From Cyanidioschyzon merolae (Eukaryota): a stretch of DNA of 64,000 bases. The notes beneath the pieces were generated by a model. That model saw nothing but the letters and a program-made list of their open reading frames with translations, was not told the DNA's origin and did no database searches. Position numbers and translations under genes: made by a program. Shown here piece by piece: positions 11,103 to 22,924 of this stretch. How positions within the stretch are numbered: the first letter of the stretch is position 1; each line of letters begins with the position of its first letter. Location of the stretch: the NCBI GenBank assembly GCA_000091205.1, contig AP006497.2; one strand, given 5' to 3'.

Positions 11103-13325
11103 TTAGTCTGAACTCGCGGCCTCGATCGCTGACGAGGCATTGTCGCTGGCATGCGGCGGCTCTGCTGTTGAACGCTGCGACGCTGCAACGTCTGGCGTGC
11201 CTCTGTCTGATATGGGTGTGGCGGTCTGCGACCTCCAGGCCGGGGCCGCCGCAGCTGCTGCAGCTGCTGCAGCCTCGCGCGCAGCTTCCTCCGCCAGGTC
11301 CTCCGGGATGCGGTACCGATCCATGGAAGCGAACAACGTAGATGGCGCTCCCGTCGGTAGCGGCATTTTCAGGGCTGATATCAGCGGATTGCCCGTAGGT
11401 CTTGGTCTATAGAGTGGCTTTTCACCGGGCGATGTATGCACCGATCCGATAATTTGAAGACCGTGGAAGAGGTCGACGCCCAGCTCTGCCTTACAACGGC
11501 GATAGAAATCTTTCGGCGCCAGTTTTCCGCGACCGGTGCCGCGTGCAATCATGCGCTGCGACTTGACCCAGAGCCGCACCGAGCGAAAGCGATCTCGACG
11601 ACAAATAACGCTCGGATACGGATGCAATGGAGTCCATTCATCCGTTTCGTAACGCCATTGGCGGAGCTCGGCAAAACGCTCCTCCAGAGAATGTGTTCGC
11701 TTGTTTCTCTCAGCCTGAGGCGTATCTGCTGGCGCCGTCGATACGCCCTCATCCGAAAGATGATCGCCCTCAGATTGTTCAGTGGATTGTCTGGGGTGAG
11801 CGCGCGGCTGCGTGAAGCTATCGCTGCCAGTCTGGGAAGCCTCTGGTGACTGCTGCTCCAGTTCGTTTTGTTGCGAGCCCGCGTGCGTTGGTGTTGCGCG
11901 CCCCTCACTATCAACCTGAGACGTGACCTGCTGTTCCTTGTCCCGTTGGCGCTCCTCGCGTTTTCGTTGCCGCTCTGCTTCACGTTCTGCTCTACGTTTC
12001 GCAAGCAGCTCCGATTCCCGTTTTCGATAGACCGACTCCAGATCCTTGGCTGTTACACTAGCGTCGTTCACAAAGACAGGATGTTGTTTCAGCTCGGCTG
12101 CGAAAACTTTGAGCATTTTGGAGACGCTGCGGGGTTTCTTGTAGCGAAAATTAGCAGCATTCAACGCTTGAACCTGGTGGACAAAGTACTGGTGCACGCA
12201 ATCAAGAAGCGCTGGCCTCTCGAGCAGGTTCGATTCCGTTGCTCCGTCCGCAGCAGGCAGCTGCTCCGCTACAATGTGGAGCTGATCTCGTATCTGGCGT
12301 AGCTGCTCTTCGGCGTCGCGCTCTACCTGACGCCAGTATCGAGCAGATGCAACCTGCAAAAGCTTCGGCTTGGTTGTTCGCAGGAATGCTAAACGATTGA
12401 AGAGTTCCTCTTGAAAGCGGTACGGGACGGAGCCCTCACTGGTGGGCACCGAAGCAAGTCGAGCAGCAACAGCGCTTTCGCAAAATTCTGCCAGCAATTC
12501 CACGAGTTCTGGTACTTTCTCCCATCCATTCGGCTTCTTGTCTCCGTAGAGGTCACGAATGCGTGCCTCTAGACGCCGTGCCACCTCTTCCACTCGCTGT
12601 GGGAGCACAACTCGTGAATGGCGCCGCGACCAGGCCCATTCCTCAAAGTCATCGTCCTGGGATGGCCCCGAGCGTCCCGTCATCCCCGAAGCGAGCTGAT
12701 GACGCTCCGGCGTCGATGCCGCACTAGCAGGCCGCGGATCCGCCGAAGGAATCCGATTCCAGCGCTGCCCCAGGATGCTGGATAATACGCCAAAACCAGG
12801 CTGCATATCAGCTGCAAAATCCTCGGTTATTTCAGAGTCATCAATAAAGTCGGAGTCATAGTCATAAACGGAGTCGTCGGACTCGTAGTTGCCACGAACT
12901 GCAGCGTTCAGCCGTCGGCGTCGCCGTTTGCGACCTTGACGTTGTCGTCCGGTTGGAACTGTCGCCCTCACAGGTGCAATAGTCTGTGGAATTGAGGCAG
13001 GTGACCCCGGAGGCTGCTCGCGAACGTTTGTTTCCAGATCTCCCTGCTTCGTGGGAAGCCGCAAGCTCCCCGTCGCTTCCAAAGCGGAGACTGGCTTGTT
13101 TGCTTCCGTTTGAGAGGGCTGGGCAGCCTCAGTCCTGAATGCGACACCATCGGACGCTTCTAAAGTTCCTGAAGCGACGACGGAAGCGGTAGCAGTGGAC
13201 GGCGCAAGCACGCGAGTCGCGCCGGCCGTTTCCTCGCGTACGGGAGCCGGAGCAACAGCGCTCTGCCGACGCATGAGCTCCCGAAAGTTCAGTTCATTGG
13301 TCCGCTCAGGATCCAGCCTCAACAT
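11103..13325 (-). CDS. Hypothetical 740-aa protein with no recognisable domain: acidic and Ala-rich low-complexity N-terminal half, poly-Ala run, and an Arg/Glu-rich coiled-coil segment (RRAEREAERQRKREERQRDKEQQ)
   Basis: An uninterrupted ORF of 2.2 kb in a genome where random ORFs above 200 codons are rare. I did not recognise any catalytic motif. Confidence 0.55.
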   Translation of the reverse strand: MLRLDPERTNELNFRELMRRQSAVAPAPVREETAGATRVLAPSTATASVVASGTLEASDGVAFRTEAAQPSQTEANKPVSALEATGSLRLPTKQGDLETNVREQPPGSPASIPQTIAPVRATVPTGRQRQGRKRRRRRLNAAVRGNYESDDSVYDYDSDFIDDSEITEDFAADMQPGFGVLSSILGQRWNRIPSADPRPASAASTPERHQLASGMTGRSGPSQDDDFEEWAWSRRHSRVVLPQRVEEVARRLEARIRDLYGDKKPNGWEKVPELVELLAEFCESAVAARLASVPTSEGSVPYRFQEELFNRLAFLRTTKPKLLQVASARYWRQVERDAEEQLRQIRDQLHIVAEQLPAADGATESNLLERPALLDCVHQYFVHQVQALNAANFRYKKPRSVSKMLKVFAAELKQHPVFVNDASVTAKDLESVYRKRESELLAKRRAEREAERQRKREERQRDKEQQVTSQVDSEGRATPTHAGSQQNELEQQSPEASQTGSDSFTQPRAHPRQSTEQSEGDHLSDEGVSTAPADTPQAERNKRTHSLEERFAELRQWRYETDEWTPLHPYPSVICRRDRFRSVRLWVKSQRMIARGTGRGKLAPKDFYRRCKAELGVDLFHGLQIIGSVHTSPGEKPLYRPRPTGNPLISALKMPLPTGAPSTLFASMDRYRIPEDLAEEAAREAAAAAAAAAAPAWRSQTATPISDRGTPDVAASQRSTAEPPHASDNASSAIEAASSD

Positions 13326-14790
13326 AGTCCACCTTTTCGGACTAGAAATTTGTTCTCAGATTGTGAAGACTGACCAGCGACAGACCCAACTGTTACGTTT
13401 CGTACGGAAAACGTGGATGCGGAGGAGATTGGTGGCGCGCAATGTCGCGCGCTCTGCCCTAGGCGGCGTACTAAGGAGCGGCCGTGCGTCTGGCAGAACG
13501 CGTTTCTGTTGTTGTTGTTGTTGTTGCTGAGTAACACTTTCATTACACTGTAGGTATAAAGCTGCCTCTATCCTAGTCTCATGCCCTGGTCAGGCTGTGG
13601 TATGGTAAAGACGGCAGCGCAACGCGGATCGGCATAGGACGGGTACCTAATGGAGCTCGGACGCTTGCAATCGTCGTGTGTGCGAGACCGAAAGCGCGCT
13701 GCATGGGTCCCAAGTGCAAGCTGCTGACCGTGCTTTATTGAAAAGCGTTGTTGGGATTTCCCATTTCGTTCTTGTGTCCCTACGTGAACGGATTGTGCAT
13801 CAGACGTTGAGGGTCAGCGCATTGCAGACAATGCAAACCGACCGCTAGCACATTTGCATCAGTACAGATTTTTCGTGCTTGCAGCCAGGCAATTCGTTCG
13901 GTGCATCCACGAGAGGGCCGAAACACTCCCCCAAAGTCACGTTTCCTATCAACTCTTACAACAAAAGCAGCGCACAGCTGGCGCGAGATAAAGCCGTCTC
14001 TCAAGTTCGTCACTCCGGGGGCGCGCACACGCGTACCTCTTGCGCACCGATACGATAACAGCGATGCTAAGGCGAAAGCGTCCCATATACATTCGGGATC
14101 CGTAGTGAGCTCGACAACTCGGTGGTAACTGCGTGGATCAAGCCTTTCTTTCCTGACGGACTACTACCCTGACGCTGAGGCGTGGAAATTCCCGCGAAAG
14201 GCATCAGGCAAAGCACGCTGAGGATCGCAGTCTAGCGGCCTGCTCGAGTCGCGAGTCCGGGAGCTTCCAGCTCGATGTAACCGGGCGAGACGATATAGAG
14301 TGTGTCCGCACGAGCGCGAACGGGCGTCGCGACCTCAGCACCCAAACCTCATGACAACAAAAACCACAAGCAATTGCGGGTTCCGGCAAAACTGATCAAT
14401 GGTTCTTTTAGCCACGTTACGTCGTCGAGTCTGGCCAAATGACCCCGCGAATTATCTTCAGACTAGACAGGTCCTGGTTGTTTGGTCAAAGTGCGTGGCG
14501 CGAAGCTCCCCATAGCTGCTTGCAGTTGGTGCTTCTGGTGACGCCGTGCAGGGCGAACGCTTTCGCAACCAAGGCCAGTACCGACCAACACTTCACATTG
14601 TAAATCGGTACCAGTATACTGAGACCTGAGCGGTTTGGTCTGCCGGGGTATCGGTAATATACCTCACCCGCCGATGAGTGCCATTGCGTAACAACGCAGC
14701 AGCGTACACGGTCTTGGTTTGTGTACAAAAGCCTGTGGACTGTCCGCTGGCTGCGCCAAGAAGAACGCTTGTCTTTGCGCTACATCCGGG

Positions 14791-16068
14791 TCAGATGAAA
14801 AAGGAACAGTAAACAGTTCGTTCTGGTCTAGATGTTTGATTTTTTCGGATCTTATGAACGATGTACAGCATCGACACTCAATGACCAAAAGTAGCACTAT
14901 TGGATTCATAAGATGCCTACCGATGCTCGGTCGCCGTTTCGGGATGGCATCTTCGGCGTTTCGTAGCTGGAATCGTAATGGAACCTAAACCATGAGCATT
15001 TATAACGCCCGCGAGCAACGGCTCCTAAAAATACCCGATATCGTTATCCAGTGTATACGGACTGGCCTCCACGCTTCTCTGCTCTGTATGTGCAGCGTGC
15101 CCAAATCGTGCAGTCTTCGAGCCTCTTCGGTTTCTGTTCCGAGGCAACGACTGGGCGCATCAATGCTGGCCACTGGATTCTCGGGGAATCGCGGTCGACG
15201 TTCTCCCTTGACGGCTTGTTTGCATGGTCATCCCGAAAGTCCACGGAGATGCTCATGTCAAACGATCGATTCGGTTCGAAAGACATATCCTGCTCTCTTT
15301 GTGGCCACTGAAGACTCCCGTTTTTTGAACAGCACCGTGATACCTCACTCTCTCACGGAGGTATGCTCCAAGAGGCTCTCCTCTGTCTCCCATTCGCATG
15401 GACAGAGGTCTTCGACTCGGACTTGAGCTGTCGCAGTGAACGCTCCCAGTGCAGCGCTCATTGCCGGTCCGCACCGAGCGATCATAGACAGATCGACGAA
15501 TCTCGACTTCCTCTACATCCTTTACTTGCCGCACGCTACGTGTTTCATCGCGGGTAGCATCGCGCTCCACACATCTTTTTTATCGAATGAAGCAGTGTGC
15601 GTTTGCGTGTGCAACGCATAGAGCAAGTGCCGAGACGATCTCCCGGGAAAAGCACGTCATCGAAGTGCGTCGCACCGGCTGCTGAAGCCGTGCATGGCAT
15701 CGAAAGAGGCGTCCTGTGTCCATCAATAGGGTCTGTCTAGCGACCGAACAAAAGGTCACGGGTTATAGGACGGCGCTCGGTCGGGAAGATGCGTTGGACA
15801 TACCGAAGCACCTGACCACAGTCAAGCGTTATTGCCCGAAAAGGCGCACCAGGCCGTATACAAAGATGAAGAATAGAACGGGCGAGGCGTGGATCGCTGC
15901 TGCTGACTCTACGTTACCTTTTGTCGATAACAGCCAGACGCAGCGAGCTTCAGAAGAGAAAGCTGCCGTCAGCTTCATTCAACAGCTGAAAAAGGATAAC
16001 GATCGCAGAAGAGACCTGAATACGTAAAGCCGGAGAAAACAGACTGAGAAAGGAGCAGAACGGCAGAC
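14791..16068 (+). repeat. Interspersed repeat family X, subfamily B, copy 1 (~1.28 kb, non-coding)
   Basis: It is about 99% identical to 23986-25261. Its 5' 775 bp is homologous, in reverse complement, to subfamily C (shared blocks tcgaaccg[ga]atcgat[tc]g and gtccgtat[ag]aactg[cg]at[ca]acgata), and the rest to subfamily A. Confidence 0.75.
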
Positions 16069-16374
16069 AAAGACCGATGAATATAAATCTAGAGATAAGA
16101 GAGCAGTGTCAGTGTTAGAGAACTCATTCTGACAAGAATCTGATGCGGTCGCAACTAGCTCCAGGCTGCCTACGCGGCGAGTTTGCGACGCACCTGCTGC
16201 GTCCAACGCTGCCGTGCCCCTGAACTATTAAATCCTGAAAAGGGAAAGTTATGTCGTCCAATGTACCGCATAGACTGCTTGATTACAAGGGTAACAGCAC
16301 TATCCGGTTGTGGAGCAATGCTTTCGTGGAGTATCGATTCCAAAATTTACTTGAGTCCGCAAAAAATGCGACTG

Positions 16375-16632
16375 AGCGCTGAGCACGGGTCCCTGCCGCT
16401 GTCGCTTGGTACCCGCGCACGGACACCAAGTGACGACTTGCAACCTCTACACGATCCATACTCAATTATGATCGCTGCCGGTGTCGCTTGGTACCCGCTC
16501 ACTGACGCCAAGTGGCGACTTGCAACCTCTATACGATCTATTCTCAATAATGACCGCTGCCGGTCTCGCTTGGTACTTGCGCACGGACACCAAGTGGCGA
16601 CTTGCAACCTCTACACGATCCATACTCAATCA
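16375..16632. repeat. Minisatellite, 82-83 bp unit x 3 (cgctgccggtgtcgcttggtacccgc…caagtggcgacttgcaacctctacacgatc…)
   Basis: The unit starts at about 16389, 16471 and 16553. It lies just 3' of the UCH37 gene. The overlapping ORFs 16183-16812 and 16481-17062 are repeat-derived. Confidence 0.8.
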
Positions 16633-16793
16633 TGTGTCCAATACAGCACCACAGCAAAGCGCTGTGCCCTTTACATCAGCGCCACCTGCGCTGATCTCGA
16701 CCGCATCATTTCAACAGACGCAGGAAGATTCTTGTCCCGGTTGTCAGCGGCATCAACGTTGGCGATGCGCTGCAATGGCGCAGCGGCGACGAA

Positions 16794-17834
16794 TTATGAG
16801 TGTTCGGCATGATTTGCGACCTGTTGCTCTCGCTTTCGCTTGGCCTCCTCTAGAAGCTCAACAAAGTGTCCATGATCAGCGAACAGAATCAGCAGCCGGA
16901 TCGCCAGCGGCACCAGGTCCATTCTTCGGAGCGTGGTGTCCAGCTGCCATCGTGCGTGCTTGGCCTCCTCCTGGGCCAACAGGGATGCAGCAACTTGATC
17001 ACCACCGCTCGCTCGGACCTGGAGCTCTGGACGAGGATCCCGATGAACAACCAAGACACTGAAGCGCAATTCTTGATTCGATGCTCGAGAGATGCGTTGC
17101 CGAACAGCCCGCAACGCTACGCAGACCCAGGCCAAATCATTGTGATGCTGCGCTTCGGCCGTGGGTAACTGTTGTTTCGAGTCTGGCGTTCCAGGCGCCA
17201 AAAGTGAAGCATCAAAAGTGCCCACTGCCGACGGTCCAGTCTGCAGGCCATCCAACTCGTATACCTTGCCGCCGAGAGGCACATAGGAGACGTAATGGAA
17301 GACATCTTCGCGCGGAAGCAAGTTACGAAGGGATGGATCCTCTTCCAGTAAAATACCCCGCAGAGGGGAGAATGAGTTGTGAACCGCGCAAATATCCCTA
17401 GCATTGGCCAAAAGCTCGCCCCGTGTCTCCGCATCAAGTGCCTGCGCAAACTCCGCGTACTCTGTCAAAAGCGGGCCCAGTTGCAGACCTCGTTGCCGTG
17501 CGTTCAAGAGCACTGCAAGCAAAGCTTGGGTGGCACACGCATTACGAATGACTTGCCGCGAAAAGATTAAATGATGAGGAGTTTCGGCAGTCGAGAGCGG
17601 CTCAGACGCCGGCGCTGCCAATACTTGGTCGTACTTGAAGAGAAAGATGAGGCCGAAAACCGGACACGCGAGGTTGGCTGCAACAAACGCTTCTTCACTG
17701 AGGTCCACGAGTTCGTCCACCTGGACACCTTTCACGCCCAGTTCAGTTATCATGGCAGTAAAGACACCAGGATCCGATTCGATGGTACACCAGCCTCCCT
17801 CCGAGTCAGCGCCGTCATCAACGGAGCTCGCCAT
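16794..17834 (-). CDS. UCHL5: Ubiquitin C-terminal hydrolase UCH37/UCH-L5 (peptidase C12)
   Basis: The N-terminus WCTIESDPGVFTAMITELGVKGVQVDELVDL matches the UCH-L5 signature W(C/L)TIESDPGVFTELI..GV.GVQVEEL. The 346-aa length fits UCH37, which carries a C-terminal extension that UCH-L1 and UCH-L3 lack. Confidence 0.85.
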   Translation of the reverse strand: MASSVDDGADSEGGWCTIESDPGVFTAMITELGVKGVQVDELVDLSEEAFVAANLACPVFGLIFLFKYDQVLAAPASEPLSTAETPHHLIFSRQVIRNACATQALLAVLLNARQRGLQLGPLLTEYAEFAQALDAETRGELLANARDICAVHNSFSPLRGILLEEDPSLRNLLPREDVFHYVSYVPLGGKVYELDGLQTGPSAVGTFDASLLAPGTPDSKQQLPTAEAQHHNDLAWVCVALRAVRQRISRASNQELRFSVLVVHRDPRPELQVRASGGDQVAASLLAQEEAKHARWQLDTTLRRMDLVPLAIRLLILFADHGHFVELLEEAKRKREQQVANHAEHS

Positions 17835-18280
17835 TGTCGTCGGTCAGTGCTGAACTTTTACGCTTCGCCAAAGGTGTACCCGTTGCGCTGCGTCTTTTCG
17901 ATACGCCTTCCCGAACTGATACCACGATCTATCTGGACTGTGAAACTCCGCAGGTAGACGCACAGACGGCAACCGCAGCCGAGAAGTTCTCGCCACCCTC
18001 AGGGCTGGATGTAGAGGCGTTGTTGACGGCTTGCGCGCGGCGGCCGCTGCGGTCGTGAGCATCCGCTCATGCCATTGGTGTACCATAGGTGACGTCGCTT
18101 TTACCGCTGCGTTGCGCCGACGCGGTGACTGTTCAGCGTCCGCGGAGGCCAGGTCTCTGGTCGCTACGGGCACCGGGCACAGGTTTTCTCAGTACGAGTG
18201 GCGCGGCAGCTTCTGGACTCGCGCATCTGGTACCAGTCTGTGCACGAACGGGACTGTTGCGTCTCCGTTTCCCGCGCGCA

Positions 18281-19554
18281 TGGCAGGGAAACGAGCGAGC
18301 GACGGTGCAGCGGCGAGCAACCCGTATAACTCGCTGTTTGCCGACATTCTTACGTCAGTAATATCCGTCACAGCCTTATTCATTGGTGCAAACATTATTC
18401 GAAAAAGGCTGGACCCAGCATTTGAATCGAAGAAGGAGCTTGAACGACGTCGCAAGGAGCTCGAGGAGCGCCTCCGGAAGCAACGCAGCAGCTGTGGGCG
18501 GCCACCGCTGGACCTTTCGGACTTGACCCCTAACGAAGAGGTTGTCGCGCACTATCTGGTCGATCCTGACGAACTTGATGTGCAGTCATTGGATGATGTT
18601 GGCGGCCTAGAAGAAATCAAAGAGGAACTGCGCGAACTTGTGATCTTACCGTTCCATCGCCCCGAACTCTTTCCTCCCGGCTCGCTTTTGCAACCGCCAA
18701 AAGGGATCCTTTTATATGGACCGCCAGGAACTGGGAAAACGATGCTCGCGAAAGCACTTGCAGCTGAGTCAAAGGCGTGTTTCTTAGCTATTTCGCCAGC
18801 GACGCTGTTGAGCAAGTGGGTTGGCGAAACGCAGCAGCTCACCCGGGCAGTCTTCTCGCTCGCGTACAAAATCCAGCCGTGCATCATATTCATCGATGAG
18901 ATTGACGCGCTGTTCCGCACGAGGAGTGCGCAGGATCACGAGGTATACCGGGATTTCAAAGCGGAGATGATGCAGCTCTGGGACGGATTGACGACGGACT
19001 CCAGCGCCCAAGTGCTGGTACTGGGTGCCACGAACCGTCCCTGGGATGTCGATACAGCGATACAACGTCGGATGCCGAGGAGCTTCCTGGTGGACCTCCC
19101 GGGCGTGGAACAACGCAAGCGCATTCTTGATGTCATTCTCCGGTCCGACAGGCACCGCTTGGAGGCATCTACCGAAGAACTCGCGAAGCTTACCGAAGGT
19201 TATTCGGGAAGCGATTTGCGCGAGCTCTGCAGGGCCGCTGCGCTTCTTGTCCTACGAGATGCAATGCGCGAAGCCAAAAAGTGCGGCGTCGACGTTTCCC
19301 AAGTGCAGCTGCGCAGCATGCGACTTGAGGATTTTGAGCGAGCGATGGAGCGAGTAGCACCGACCGGTGCCCATGCTGAAATTTTTCGGTACCGCCAAAC
19401 TCTGGAACGTGTGCGGAAGCTGCGCGTCGCGCAAGAAAACAGTAATGTAGAGTCCAGAGAACCCGATGAGCAAACATTGGTTGCCGGAATCGAGGAGGCG
19501 CTCCTGGTAGAGGCTAATGAGTTTGTGGAGCGCGTTGGTCGTCGGCTGGGCTGA
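18281..19554 (+). CDS. ATAD1: ATAD1/Msp1(Thorase)-type membrane-anchored AAA-ATPase. The likely start is the Met at 18281 (MAGKRASDG…); the ORF is open upstream to 18031
   Basis: N-terminal TM helix ADILTSVISVTALFIGANII. LQPPKGILLYGPPGTGKTMLAKALA (Walker A), CIIFIDEIDALF (Walker B) and LVLGATNRPWDVDTAIQRRMPRSF are near-identical in order to human ATAD1. The gene is divergent from UCH37, with an intergenic region of about 450 bp. Confidence 0.85.
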
Positions 19555-19647
19555 GCGGCAAACCCGCGTAAGGCAATGGCAATTGTTTCCAGCAAGTGCT
19601 TCTCGTTGATCGAGGTGCCTGACGCAGCGCGGTCCAGAATGGAGCAT

Positions 19648-19648
<1 letters not shown>

Positions 19649-19740
<92 letters not shown>
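19649..19740. repeat. (CGCA)n tetranucleotide microsatellite, ~23 units
   Basis: A direct read of the sequence, about 95 bp after the ATAD1 stop codon. It generates the poly-RACV/THAR artefact ORFs on both strands. Confidence 0.95.
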
Positions 19741-20962
19741 TGTTCCTGTGACGTGTCCACCAGATCGGGGCGCACGCATTGCCACAGGCAGCGTTTAATG
19801 CGCGGATCACTCGTTGGGAAGCGCGCGTATAAATGCAGCGCGCGATCTCATACGATGCGTGTGACGATACGCAAGGCACGTTCAAGCTGCACAGCTGATG
19901 CAGTGTACCTCTGGATACAGAGCAGGATTGCGTTGTGCTCCTGCCTAGTATGGGTTGTGTGTACGGCGGGCACCTGCATCTTTGCGTAAAGACACCAGCG
20001 AAGCTTCGCAGCCGATACTATCTACCCGTAGATATGTCCCTGAATTGCGTTGTGCTTCTGCCCGTCATCAATGTGTTATGCGAAGGTTCTACCAGACGCT
20101 GCTACGCAGGAATACGCTTGCAGATCACTTCGCGCGCCGTGATTTGAGCAATTCTTGTTGGTGAAGCGGACAGACGTTGCACGCCGCGCACATCAGGCAT
20201 GTGTGCACGCGATCCGCTCGTCGCTGCGTGCTGCATGAGGAAGCACAACCGTTTGACTTTGTGAGTCTTATTCGAGCCTGCCTGCTAGTTTCAGGATGGG
20301 CTTGCACCTTCAAAAGCAAAATATGAGCCAGCAATAATGATCATGTGAACCCCCAGTGCTTCCTTTCGTTCGAGGCAGGACAAACCCGGTTTCATTGGCA
20401 GAATTCCTTTCTGATTCGCAGATACCAACTTTTACCGTTTTCCTTGCAAAGCGTTGCAAGAATGAAATAAACCTCTGGCGGAGCGCTTGACACGTTCAAC
20501 TGCTAGCATGCTTGCCAAACGCCACTCGAATCCCGGAACACCGAAATGAAACCCAGTTTTTCGTCCTGAAATTCTCATCCTAGAGACGCCAGCAAGATGA
20601 GCATGGATGCTGTGGGCTTTGAGCCCTGCAGCGTGCTGCGACATGCTACCGCCCACGATCGCACCTCCGAGGCTAAGAAGGCATAGGCTCGTGTGCGATG
20701 GCGCAACGTTCCGTGAATGCCATGCCCCGTGAACAGCTCGCTTGACGTCGATACAATCGCCACCGTACTGGAGCTAAGTTCGCCGTAGCGTCCAATGCAG
20801 CACCCGCTTGTTTTCGACGAGCACGACGATATTTCGTCCTGTGGAGCGGCCGAAACATGTCCAATACCATGGCCACAAAAAGAAACGTTGATCCTCTCTA
20901 CTTTCATGTCAGAATATAATTTCAGAGGTTGTCTACCAAGGTCGTTCACCGTGAAGTTTTGG

Positions 20963-22085
20963 TCTCTTCCCAGTATCATCAGCAACAGCCTTTGCGAGAT
21001 CCTTCGGCGACTGCTCCCTTTTCCGGTCTCTTGTCTCTGGCGTGCCATAGCCGATCTCTCCTGTGATCGATGTACTATGTCAGCAGTCAACGGATGCCGA
21101 TGGCAGCATCGAAGCCTCGATTTCGCTGCTTCTGGCTGTCGCCGACGCGCTTCATGAACAGACCGTAGATGCGATCTACGCCCCGCTTGGCATGTTCGCC
21201 TTCTTCATCATATACCGCCTCTGTACGCCGTATACAGCGGTGACGCTTCGCTACCGTCGGTTATTCGCGTATGTCGACTGCGCGTCTTCCGCGGGCCGTC
21301 CTACAACGCGTGAACGCTTGCCTCATCGCCCGGCACATGCCCCGCCATGGCACAGAACGCTTCTCTGGGTGCGGTCCTCGGTTTCAGCACGCGGTGCCGT
21401 GCACTACGATTACGTGCTCCACCCGGGCGATCCTCTCGCCATTGTCTCTGTCCTCTGCACGAGCAAGCGCGCGCTCTTCCAATGGATAGATGATTTATGG
21501 AACGCGATGTCGTCCACGATGAAACTTGTGTCGGAAGGAAAACCAGGGCTGGATCAGCATTCGAGAGATTCGGATGCGTCAACGCTGCCTCCGTACGAAT
21601 CGATGACGCACTCTGCACTAGCCGCACTCGCGGCGATACAAGAAGGCCGGTTCGAAACCTCTTCTCCGTGCAACCGGAAGCGTCGTGTGCCTCAGGGAGT
21701 ACAAGCCATGAGGTATGCCATGCTCCTGGGGAATGCGGTTCCGTTAGTGGCCTCAGAGAGAGGATAATTTGGCTTTCCGTGAGATTGTTTATTTGATGTG
21801 AGTGTCTCAGTGAACTCTTGGCGTGGACTTGCCAAGAGGTCGATGAGGGTCTTCGATGGGTTTTTCCTATTCAATCCAGATGCGCAGAATGCTGAGCCCA
21901 CGACTTGCCTACAAAAACTGGTTGATCGAAAACTTGGTGAATGCTTATGTTGAGCATGCTGCGCGCAATAAACGGAGAAGCGCGGAGTCTCGTACTTATG
22001 CATTGGATAACGATATCGGTTCTTTTACGGAACCCTGCTGGAGGGCGTCGTGCTTCATCATGATTTCGATAAAGGATCGAATTCC
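20963..22085 (-). repeat. Interspersed repeat family X, subfamily A, copy 2
   Basis: It is about 99% identical to 9646-10767. Confidence 0.75.
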
Positions 22086-22924
22086 CGCTGCAAAGAGTCG
22101 AGGAAGCCACTTGGAAAATACGACCGAGACTCCCAGAACTACCTAAGAATCCGTAAGCCGCCATTGTTGCACGTCCTTTTTCGAAGCTGTTCATCTAGAA
22201 AATTTCGGAGAATTCGAAGAGCAGGAATATGGCGAGCGATTCTGCGTCCCATTCTAAGCTGGCACGGGCCTAGAAGAAATGATATTTGAAGCTGCATCAG
22301 CATGCATTATTCGTTTGCTCGCAGCATCCGACAACTGTAGAATGACTCGATAGCCTCGAATCCACCCGGTAGGAGCACCAGCCTCCTTTCGATACGCATG
22401 CCTGTTCAAGAGCATCCCAGAGAAATGACCTCGGAAGGTACGGGACTCGACAGTGTGATATCGCAGAAGCATTGGGCTACTTCAGCATGTTCACCTACAA
22501 CGGCGCACTTGGTGCTGTGAATGTCATAGGGCGCCATGTGTACGATTGCCCCGCCCGATTCAGGGCTTGTATCTTTCCAGCAGGAAAAGTTATCCTCAAT
22601 TCGAGTGCTCCTTCCTGGAAGCGGTCGTGTAACAATGTGCTTTGAGGAATCACATGCCGCGCCTAGTCTAGACTTGAACGATGAAAGCGCCGCGACGATC
22701 TCGCTCGCTGCCTCACAGACGTCGGGCTCCGAGCGAAACCTAGTCGTTGCGGAGACCTCTTCTGCATGTCTGCAGCATAAATCGGATTTCTCTCGGGTGC
22801 ATCTTTTGAGCACTTCATGGAACGACAATCACAACGTTCCAATCGAGAGCCCTGGTTGTGTACTGCAATACCTCCGATTAGATCATCGAAGCCGGATTTC
22901 TCTGCTGTACCTCGTACGAGCATC

